The translations under genes were made by a program, and so were the position numbers. From a virus, in the IMG/VR virus record IMGVR_UViG_3300008954_000003, positions 64,001 to 128,000 of that record: DNA of 64,000 bases; one strand, given 5' to 3'. The notes under the pieces were generated by a model. It saw only the letters and a list, made by a program, of their open reading frames with translations, was not told the DNA's origin and ran no database searches. Shown here piece by piece: positions 57,178 to 64,000 of the stretch (positions are counted from its first letter, which is position 1; each line of letters starts with the position of its first letter).

Positions 57178-57373
57178 ATGCGGGCCGACTCATTATGAGG
57201 GCTGCTCTTGTCATGAGAAGGAAAGAAACGACAAGATTGAAAGCCTTGAGGCAAAGAGGGCCATATTAGAAACTCAACTTGAGAAGCTAACCTTGCAGCT
57301 TCAAACACAATGGGCAAGAACACAGGTTCTTGAAAGAGAGATCGAAAGGTTACAACAAGGAGAAACAAACTAA
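57164..57373 (+). CDS. small coiled-coil hypothetical protein
   Basis: SD AAGGAG; C..H..CSCH then heptad repeats. Confidence 0.5.
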   Translation: MNKVECGPTHYEGCSCHEKERNDKIESLEAKRAILETQLEKLTLQLQTQWARTQVLEREIERLQQGETN

Positions 57374-59230
57374 ATGGATATTGCAAGCAAAATTTTATCA
57401 GACATAACCGTGCATATGAAGTACGCCAAGTACATTGACGCGATCAATCGTCGTGAAGTTTGGGAAGAACTTGTTGCACGCAATAAATCGATGCACCTCA
57501 AAAAATATCCGACCCAAAAATTTGAGATTTTGAAAAATTATAAATTGGTTGAACAAAAGAAGGTTCTGCCATCGATGAGAAGCTTGCAGTTTGGCGGGAA
57601 ACCTATCGAAATCAATCCAAGCAGGATTTTTAACTGTGCTTATTTGCCAATGGATCACCAACTGGCCTTTTGTGAAGTAATGTTCCTTCTTTTGGGGGGA
57701 ACAGGGGTTGGTTATTCTGTTCAACGACACCATGTTGAGAAATTGCCCGAAATTCGCAAACCAAGCGAAAAAAGAACACGGCGATATCTCATCGCTGACT
57801 CAATTGAGGGCTGGGCAGATGCGATTAAGGTTTTGACCAATTCTTACTTCAAGGGTGGCTCAAAGATTCGCTTTGATTATAGTGATATCCGCTCAAAAGG
57901 CGCAAGACTGGTCACAACAGGTGGAAAGGCCCCTGGCCCACAACCGCTAAAGGAGTGCCTTGTCAAATTGGACGGAATGCTCTCTCAAAAGGAGGAGGGT
58001 GATAAATTGACCCCAATTGAGGTTCATGACATGGTTTGCTATATTGCAGATGCGGTGCTTGCCGGCGGAATCCGTAGAGCAGCACTAATTTCACTATTTT
58101 CAGCAGATGACAATGAAATGCTTGCTTGCAAGACAGGTGCATGGTGGGAAAAGAACCCTCAAAGAGGTCGTGCCAACAATTCTGTTGTTTTATTGAGACA
58201 CCTCATAACAAGGGAGTTTTTCTTTGATTTGTGGGATCGTGTCAAAGCATCAGGTTGTGGAGAACCAGGGTTTTATTTCAGCAATGATAAAGACTGGCTT
58301 TGCAATCCATGTGCAGAGATTTCACTAAGGCCAAATCAGTTTTGTAACCTTGTTGAGGTTAACGTATCAGATGTTCAGTCTCAGGAGGAGCTTAACGAAA
58401 GAGCAAGAGCAGCAGCATTTATTGCAACATTGCAGGCTGGATATACAGACTTTCATTATCTGCGTGATGTATGGCGTCGAACAACAGAGAAAGATGCCCT
58501 TATCGGTGTCAGCATGACAGGCATTGCATCTGGAGGGGTTTTGACACTTGATCTAAAGCAAGCTGCAAAAATTGTTGTCGAAGAAAATAAGCGCGTTGCA
58601 GATTTAATCGGAATTAAGCCGGCTGCAAGAACAACGTGTGTTAAGCCTGCGGGAACAACGAGCCTTGTGCTTGGAACCAGTTCAGGTATCCATGCTTGGC
58701 ATGATATGTACTACGTTCGTAGGACCAGGGTGGGTAAAGGGGAGGCTATATACAAGTACCTCGCAAAGAATCACCCTGAGCTTGTTGAAGACGAATACTT
58801 CAGACCACACGACACTGCAATCATTTCAGTGCCACAAAAAGCACCGGAAGGGGCAATTCTAAGATCAGAAAGCGCCTTGCAGCTTCTCAAGAGGGTCGCA
58901 AAGGTTAGCCAGGAATGGATCAAGGGAGGGCACAACAAGGGCCAAAACTCTCACAATGTATCTGCAACTATTTCCGTGAAAGATGCTGAGTGGGCCGATG
59001 TTGGTGAGTGGATGTGGGAAAACAGAAAGGTTTATAATGGCTTGGCAGTTCTTCCATACTCTGATCACACATATACCCAAGCACCTTTTGAATCTTGTTC
59101 AAAAGAAAGGTATGAAGCTCTTATGGCTTCTTTGACAAAAGTGGACCTCTTGAAGGTCGTTGAGGAAGAAGACAATACAGATCTTCAGGGCGAACTTGCA
59201 TGTTCAAGTGGACAGTGCGATTTGGTGTGA
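57374..59230 (+). CDS. nrdJ: class II (adenosylcobalamin-dependent) ribonucleotide reductase
   Basis: FNCAY, GTGVGYS, RRAALI, NPCAEI, CNL, KPAGT, C-terminal ACSSGQC; no small subunit nearby. Confidence 0.9.
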   Translation: MDIASKILSDITVHMKYAKYIDAINRREVWEELVARNKSMHLKKYPTQKFEILKNYKLVEQKKVLPSMRSLQFGGKPIEINPSRIFNCAYLPMDHQLAFCEVMFLLLGGTGVGYSVQRHHVEKLPEIRKPSEKRTRRYLIADSIEGWADAIKVLTNSYFKGGSKIRFDYSDIRSKGARLVTTGGKAPGPQPLKECLVKLDGMLSQKEEGDKLTPIEVHDMVCYIADAVLAGGIRRAALISLFSADDNEMLACKTGAWWEKNPQRGRANNSVVLLRHLITREFFFDLWDRVKASGCGEPGFYFSNDKDWLCNPCAEISLRPNQFCNLVEVNVSDVQSQEELNERARAAAFIATLQAGYTDFHYLRDVWRRTTEKDALIGVSMTGIASGGVLTLDLKQAAKIVVEENKRVADLIGIKPAARTTCVKPAGTTSLVLGTSSGIHAWHDMYYVRRTRVGKGEAIYKYLAKNHPELVEDEYFRPHDTAIISVPQKAPEGAILRSESALQLLKRVAKVSQEWIKGGHNKGQNSHNVSATISVKDAEWADVGEWMWENRKVYNGLAVLPYSDHTYTQAPFESCSKERYEALMASLTKVDLLKVVEEEDNTDLQGELACSSGQCDLV

Positions 59231-59236
59231 CATTTG

Positions 59237-59246
59237 ACTATTTATA
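59237..59246 (+). promoter_or_regulatory. putative late promoter ACTATTTATA
   Basis: Intergenic; SD GGAG then ATG 59261. Confidence 0.65.
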
Positions 59247-59260
59247 TTGGAGAACACACC

Positions 59261-59731
59261 ATGGGCGATGACAATCAACACGCAGAACTTTTAGTTCTTT
59301 TGAAAACATTAAATGAAACTGTCGGCAAGACGCTAACAACCGTTGAAGAGGTTAAAACATCACTTTCTGACATGAATGCGAGGGTCACATCTCTTGAAAC
59401 AACAAGATCGAGTCAACAAGTTGAAGACCAAAGGTTTTGGAACCAGACATGGCCATCGCAAGAAGAGCTTATAAAAAGTGTTGAGGCAAGAGTCCAGGCC
59501 ATTGAAAGAGAGCGTGTTACAATCAAGAAGTTTGAAGACATCGAAAGTAAAATAACAACAGCGGCAACACAACTAACGGTATTAAATCCGAGAATAGAAG
59601 CTGTTGAGAAAAAAGTTGATGATGTCGACAAACTTAGTTCAAAAGTCAAAGTCATCATGGGGGCTCTCATTTTTGTCTCTACAATCATTTCATCGACAGC
59701 AACAGCATTAATCGTCAGAGCTTTAGGTTAA
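59261..59731 (+). CDS. coiled-coil protein with C-terminal TM anchor
   Basis: Heptad-rich body; VIMGALIFVSTIISSTATALIV. Confidence 0.6.
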   Translation: MGDDNQHAELLVLLKTLNETVGKTLTTVEEVKTSLSDMNARVTSLETTRSSQQVEDQRFWNQTWPSQEELIKSVEARVQAIERERVTIKKFEDIESKITTAATQLTVLNPRIEAVEKKVDDVDKLSSKVKVIMGALIFVSTIISSTATALIVRALG

Positions 59732-59781
59732 CATACAGCCTCAAATCGTGGTACAAACATGGGACCACAAAGGAGTTTGTT

Positions 59782-60042
59782 ATGTCTATCAAGACGAAAT
59801 CGAGAAAAGAGCACATGGCCGATTACATCAGAGAATTTGCTGAGTTGGATGTTGTTTCTGAGCAATACAAAGAGAAAAAGAGAGAGTTAAAGAAATCTTA
59901 TCAGTCGCAAAAATTAACTGGTGAAGATTTGCGTGTTGCATTGAAGATTTATAGGTTCTTGAAGAAGGATGAAGATTTCTATTCTTTAGTGAGTGACTAT
60001 GAAAAAGTTGTCGAGCACATAAAAGAGAAGGGGGAGTTATGA
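59782..60042 (+). CDS. small dsDNA-binding protein (T4 DsbA/GapR-like)
   Basis: Size and helical pattern YI.E...LD...YKE.KRELK..Y...LR.ALK.YR. Confidence 0.45.
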   Translation: MSIKTKSRKEHMADYIREFAELDVVSEQYKEKKRELKKSYQSQKLTGEDLRVALKIYRFLKKDEDFYSLVSDYEKVVEHIKEKGEL

Positions 60043-60129
60043 TACAAACAATTATCGTTGTTGCTTTGACCATTGCGATTATGCGTGGTTCACTGCAATT
60101 AATAAAAGAAGGACTAATGGAGGAGAGAA

Positions 60130-60408
60130 ATGAAAATCGTACCGTTCAACAGAACGCTTTTGGTGAAGTTGGAAAATTTGACGAAAAAACAAAGCGAACA
60201 TTTTGGTTTTATCATACCGGAAGATCCGGTAACAGCTAAAAAGAGTCGGTTTGTTCCGGTTCGTGTTGTCGAGCAATCTGATGATTGTGAAAGAAAATGG
60301 AAAGATAAGCTTCTTCTTGTGGAGAGAGCTTTTTTGCAGAGAATAGATGTTTCAGACGAGGAACTTCATATGATCTCTGAGAATAATGTGAGAGCCCGCA
60401 TATTGTGA
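60130..60408 (+). CDS. GroES-like co-chaperonin (divergent)
   Basis: MKIVPFNRTLLV, GFIIP mobile loop, ISENNV.A. Confidence 0.6.
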   Translation: MKIVPFNRTLLVKLENLTKKQSEHFGFIIPEDPVTAKKSRFVPVRVVEQSDDCERKWKDKLLLVERAFLQRIDVSDEELHMISENNVRARIL

Positions 60409-60416
60409 TATTCAAG

Positions 60417-60425
60417 ACTAATTAC
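60417..60425 (+). promoter_or_regulatory. putative late promoter ACTAATTAC (leaderless transcript)
   Basis: CTAATTA 5 nt before ATG 60430; no SD. Confidence 0.6.
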
Positions 60426-60429
60426 TTGT

Positions 60430-61527
60430 ATGAATACTAATCGTTGGAAAGAATTTTTAAAAGAAAGTGAAGAGTGGGACCCCGATGATCAAAGTTTTGA
60501 TGAGTTTTGGGACGATGCAGAGTGGAGGCGAGATCCCCCAGGCAATGAAGATGTAACCAAACAATTGTCAACGACAAGACCTGGAAGACCACCACACCCA
60601 GCAGAGGATCTCCCTGAAGAGCTGACAGAAACTGAAAAAAACAATGTTCATTGGATAGGGGAGTCTCCGGGGTCTGTTGAGTTCTTTAGAAGAGTTGACG
60701 CTTATGACTTCTTGAGAAACGTCAAAAAAATTGTTCAAGATAATGAGATTTTGGGACAGGTGAAGATTATTAATTTCCTTGGTGCCGGTTCATTCGGCGC
60801 TGTATATGCCCTTGACAACGATCACGCTTTAAAGCTTTATATTGGCTCCTTTGATCCTCGTTCAGATAATTTTGATGCAGAGGCCAAGTCAGACAGACAA
60901 AGATATCAGGAAGAAACTGAAGAGATTTATTCAGGGGAAGGCAAACAAACCAACCTTATGATTTATGAAGAGGGGGAGTTGAAGTTACCATCTTGGATTT
61001 CACATAAAGTTTTTTATGCAGAAATGCCCCAGCTTATTCCACTTGGAGATTATTTAGAATTTGAAGTGGACCAAAGAGCGAAAAAGCATGACTATTCATC
61101 AGAAGATGTTGAAGGATTAAAAGACAATCTGTGGATGCAAGTGGAAGGGGACATTCGAGCATATCAAGTGTTCTCTTATTTGGAGCAGTTATTGGAAAAA
61201 CACCCTGATGACACTGCTGCGAAACTGTATACGAGAATGATTCAACAAATCATAGGAGATGAATATTGGGGTGCGGCATTAAACCCCACATTCTTGAAAC
61301 AATTGTTTCAATTCTTTGTCCTCCTGATTCAGGAGGGCCACATCTCAATTGAGGAATACCTTATAGGAAGGGCGCACCTTTTTAATAAAGAAATGGCTTT
61401 GAGCCTTTATCGACAGATAAGAAAGGTTGTTCGTGAAAAGGGACCAGCCGCCGTTGCCGATGTCAGAATAGCGAATATCGGCCTGTTGAAGCAGAATCTT
61501 TCCGTGCCAATCCTGTTTGATTATTGA
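60430..61527 (+). CDS. protein kinase-like protein with N-terminal WxxFLxE leader
   Basis: FLGAGSFGAVY Gly loop, ALKL lysine, DVRIANIG catalytic loop, LFDY. Confidence 0.65.
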   Translation: MNTNRWKEFLKESEEWDPDDQSFDEFWDDAEWRRDPPGNEDVTKQLSTTRPGRPPHPAEDLPEELTETEKNNVHWIGESPGSVEFFRRVDAYDFLRNVKKIVQDNEILGQVKIINFLGAGSFGAVYALDNDHALKLYIGSFDPRSDNFDAEAKSDRQRYQEETEEIYSGEGKQTNLMIYEEGELKLPSWISHKVFYAEMPQLIPLGDYLEFEVDQRAKKHDYSSEDVEGLKDNLWMQVEGDIRAYQVFSYLEQLLEKHPDDTAAKLYTRMIQQIIGDEYWGAALNPTFLKQLFQFFVLLIQEGHISIEEYLIGRAHLFNKEMALSLYRQIRKVVREKGPAAVADVRIANIGLLKQNLSVPILFDY

Positions 61528-61539
61528 TAAAATTTGCCC

Positions 61540-61568
61540 TTGACAGAGGCCCCTTTCTTTGAGATACT
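61540..61568 (+). promoter_or_regulatory. sigma70 promoter TTGACA-N17-GATACT
   Basis: Correct spacing; implies the next gene starts at 61591. Confidence 0.7.
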
Positions 61569-61590
61569 GTTCTCACAGGAGAGGATTGTT

Positions 61591-61938
61591 ATGGGATTTA
61601 TATTTCACAGAGCTGTCGTTGTCACAGGGTGGGACGACAAGCTTAAAATGGCTCACGAAGCTGCCTTAAAAACATTTAAAAACACATGTGTTTCAAATAT
61701 CGTTGCGAGTGTATCAAACGGATATGCCTCATTTTTCATTGCGCCAGATGGCAGCAAAGAAGGGTGGGAAACAAGTAGTGAGTATGATGACATGGCACAG
61801 GCTTTTGCAAGGCTGATGACGACTGAGCCTTGGGGTCCATATTGTGATTGGATATTTATTCGTTATGGAGAGGGTGAACCATATATTGAAGCTTCGAACG
61901 GTACAGGTAGTTTGTTTGATGAAGGGAGGTTATGGTGA
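61591..61938 (+). CDS. conserved phage hypothetical protein
   Basis: H.AVVVT, NGY.SFFIAPDGSKEGW..S. Confidence 0.65.
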   Translation: MGFIFHRAVVVTGWDDKLKMAHEAALKTFKNTCVSNIVASVSNGYASFFIAPDGSKEGWETSSEYDDMAQAFARLMTTEPWGPYCDWIFIRYGEGEPYIEASNGTGSLFDEGRLW

Positions 61939-61983
61939 AAAAACTCAATTCGGGCAACTCACGACCAACTCTGGGGAAATAAA

Positions 61984-62718
61984 ATGACTGATTTAAACAA
62001 ACCAATTTTCCTATATAACGACGACATCGGTTCGGTGTCTTATGTCCAGCACATGGGAAACGACAAGATGGCAGTCAACGCTGCTCGCGTGTCCTTTGGG
62101 CAAGACAACAACAAGCCGTTGACAAAGAAAGACAAAAAACTGATTAAGTATCTGCTTGAACACAAACATACATCACCGTTTGAACATTCAACAATCACGT
62201 TTAAGTTTGTTGTTCCTTTATTTGTGAGGTCACAGCATCACAGACATAGAACCTGGGCATACAATGAGATTTCCAGACGTTACACAGAGAAAGATATAAA
62301 GTTCTATGAACCCGATATGTTCAGAACACAACACGAATCAAACAGACAAGCAAGCATCGAGGGTGAGCCAATAAACCCAGGCATAACAGGCAAAGAAGGC
62401 CCATCAGGGTTTTGTTGGTCAGGTTTTAGAGCGGACCTTGGGATGCAAATATTCAACCAGGGAGCTTTGCAGTTTTATGAGGCTCTGTTGCGAGAAGGTG
62501 TCTGCCGCGAACAAGCACGAATGGTGCTACCTCAGAGCATGTATACTGAATATTATGGTACGGTTAGTTTGCACAACCTGTTGAAGTTCATTGAGCTTCG
62601 GACACACGAAGGAGCCCAGTGGGAAATTGTTAAGGTAGCAGAGGCATTATTGGAAATTGCCACAGATTTATGGCCGGAAGTAATTTCGGCATGGAAGGAA
62701 ATAAAAGATGAACGGTAA
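61984..62718 (+). CDS. thyX: flavin-dependent thymidylate synthase
   Basis: AARVS, HTSPFEH, RHRTWAYNEISRRY, REQARMVLP, AQWEI. Confidence 0.95.
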   Translation: MTDLNKPIFLYNDDIGSVSYVQHMGNDKMAVNAARVSFGQDNNKPLTKKDKKLIKYLLEHKHTSPFEHSTITFKFVVPLFVRSQHHRHRTWAYNEISRRYTEKDIKFYEPDMFRTQHESNRQASIEGEPINPGITGKEGPSGFCWSGFRADLGMQIFNQGALQFYEALLREGVCREQARMVLPQSMYTEYYGTVSLHNLLKFIELRTHEGAQWEIVKVAEALLEIATDLWPEVISAWKEIKDER

Positions 62719-62917
62719 GTGGTTGTTGTTGGCTTGGTGCAAATATTACCCAGCAGGGGGATTGAACAATATACGCGGTGTTTTTGACACAGAAGAAGAA
62801 GCAGATAGTGTTGCTAGTAAATTAAGAGCGCAAAAACACGGCTTTGATTATGTTGAGGTTCTTCCGATTGAAGAAATATTAATGAACGCTAGTGACTGGA
62901 AGAGTTGGTTGGAATGA
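62708..62917 (+). CDS. small hypothetical protein
   Basis: YYPAGG...G.FDT.EEA; overlaps neighbours. Confidence 0.55.
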   Translation: MNGKWLLLAWCKYYPAGGLNNIRGVFDTEEEADSVASKLRAQKHGFDYVEVLPIEEILMNASDWKSWLE

Positions 62918-63135
62918 AAAGCCCATGGAAAACAGAATTTCGTTGTCGAGGGTGTCGTAAGCCTATAAGCTTTTACACAATGATGTATTCTCATGGAACT
63001 TGTCCTATGTGCGGACGCACTTGCAGAAGCACAGTGTGCGAGACTTATTCTGTGGCGTTTCGCTTTGTTAAGACAGGGCCATGGTGGAAGATTTGGTCTT
63101 GGGAGAAGGAGTTTAAGAATGATCGAAAACGATAA
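62914..63135 (+). CDS. small zinc-ribbon protein
   Basis: CRGC...CPMCG; ATGA overlap. Confidence 0.5.
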   Translation: MKSPWKTEFRCRGCRKPISFYTMMYSHGTCPMCGRTCRSTVCETYSVAFRFVKTGPWWKIWSWEKEFKNDRKR

Positions 63136-63325
63136 TGGTATTACAATCGGAGAACTTAAAAAGTTTTTAGAACAATTTCCTGATGATGGCGAAGTTTGGG
63201 TTGTAACAAAACATTTAGGTGGCGGCTGTGGTCTTACAAACGTTTCTGTAAAAGTAAGCAGGCTAAATAAAGGCGATGTATTGGTAGAAACAAGAGAGAA
63301 ATTAGAAGGAGTTGAAAATGATTAA
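63119..63325 (+). CDS. small hypothetical protein
   Basis: SD AAGGAG; TIGELKKFLEQFPDD.EV. Confidence 0.55.
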   Translation: MIENDNGITIGELKKFLEQFPDDGEVWVVTKHLGGGCGLTNVSVKVSRLNKGDVLVETREKLEGVEND

Positions 63326-63545
63326 AAATCCTGTAAATCAAAAAAGAGTGCGTGTTATAAAAGAACATTGTGAAGGACGTTTTAAGGTGGGCATGGAAGG
63401 ACTTTGTACGGCAGACCTTCTTTATGAGTCTCAATATCAAGAAGATACTTTTGCCGTATGGTTTGATGAAAAGGTGCGTGATGTGAGTTTTCATACATTC
63501 CAGCAAATGAATGCTAGGGAATATTACGAGGTGATTGATGAATAA
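63318..63545 (+). CDS. small hypothetical protein
   Basis: SD AAGGAG; overlaps neighbours. Confidence 0.5.
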   Translation: MIKNPVNQKRVRVIKEHCEGRFKVGMEGLCTADLLYESQYQEDTFAVWFDEKVRDVSFHTFQQMNAREYYEVIDE

Positions 63546-63915
63546 GTGTAATTATTGTGATTTTAATTACAGTGATATTGATGAACTTGGAGTACACTTA
63601 AACGCCAAACATTTTAAATGTATGTGTGGAACTGTATTTGATATCGATGAGTTTGGTGACGATTTGATTATTTGCAAGCAGTGCAGAAGCAGAAGAGAGA
63701 AGAAGAAAGTGGGTGATAGAGTGAAAGATGGCCTCATTAATAGAGGTTACGGAACGGTCATAAAAAGAGAACCACTCAATATTGAACCACTGGGCCACTT
63801 CTTGGTAACTGTCAAATGGGACGACTCAATTGCTGACAGCCCATTTCCAGGCTATGATGATAATACATCAGAAGAATGTGAAGACGATTTGGAGCTAATT
63901 GATGACAAAATATAA
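63538..63915 (+). CDS. zinc-finger + SH3-like hypothetical protein
   Basis: CNYC..H..H, CMC..CKQC, KVGDRV..GTV..V.WD. Confidence 0.5.
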   Translation: MNKCNYCDFNYSDIDELGVHLNAKHFKCMCGTVFDIDEFGDDLIICKQCRSRREKKKVGDRVKDGLINRGYGTVIKREPLNIEPLGHFLVTVKWDDSIADSPFPGYDDNTSEECEDDLELIDDKI

Positions 63916-64000
63916 TCCCGAAATCGGAAAGTCATATAAAGTTGTGGCAAAAGAAAGAGGTGGAAGCCTTCGTATTGAAAAAGAAGTTTTTGTCTATGAA
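63902..64000 (+). CDS. hypothetical protein, truncated by window end
   Basis: SD GGAG; ATG 63902 and open to the end. Confidence 0.4.
   Translation, partial: MTKYNPEIGKSYKVVAKERGGSLRIEKEVFVYE

Noticed and set aside
19021-59230. Inteins or introns in terminase, RecA, helicase or RNR; stop-codon reassignment; tRNA genes
   Set aside because: Proteins are of normal length with contiguous motifs, genes tile densely under code 11, and no intergenic gap shows a cloverleaf
60039-60239. 66-aa ORF overlapping GroES
   Set aside because: It has an SD and a hydrophobic N-terminus and may be real, but over half overlaps the GroES-like gene and nothing else supports it
1-64000. Minus-strand and nested alternative-frame ORFs in the track (e.g. 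2468-3070, 51382-52104, 52370-52939, 54446-55138)
   Set aside because: They shadow well-supported + strand genes and lack SD sites and motifs; the long ones in the GC island reflect stop-codon scarcity

Overview
64 kb of a large lytic myovirus with T4-like head and tail modules, about 40% GC by spot counts, standard genetic code. Every credible gene is on the + strand. Order: baseplate/tail-associated genes (1-8.6 kb); RuvC, primase, nucleotidyltransferase and an SbcD-SbcC fusion (8.6-14 kb); a holin/spanin-like membrane cassette with a myxobacterial-type Cys/Asp-rich beta-propeller lipoprotein (14-18.5 kb); terminase, portal, prohead protease, ribosomal protein bS21, scaffold and major capsid (19-30 kb); neck, sheath, two tubes, a frameshifting tail chaperone, tape measure and baseplate (31.5-46 kb); then replication and nucleotide metabolism (mini-PolA, tubulin/FtsZ-like protein, SSB, RecA, ligase, 5'-3' exonuclease, DnaB, class II RNR, GroES, kinase-like protein, ThyX). 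Two promoter classes are visible: sigma70-type sites before replication genes, and a CTA[T/A/G]TTA motif before or inside late operons. Two copies of that motif appear to drive leaderless genes for putative packaged cargo proteins. A roughly 1 kb high-GC island with repeated gene-junction sequences lies at 52.15-53.2 kb. No tRNA, CRISPR array, integrase or reverse transcriptase was seen. All product calls come from motif recognition by eye; no database searches were run.
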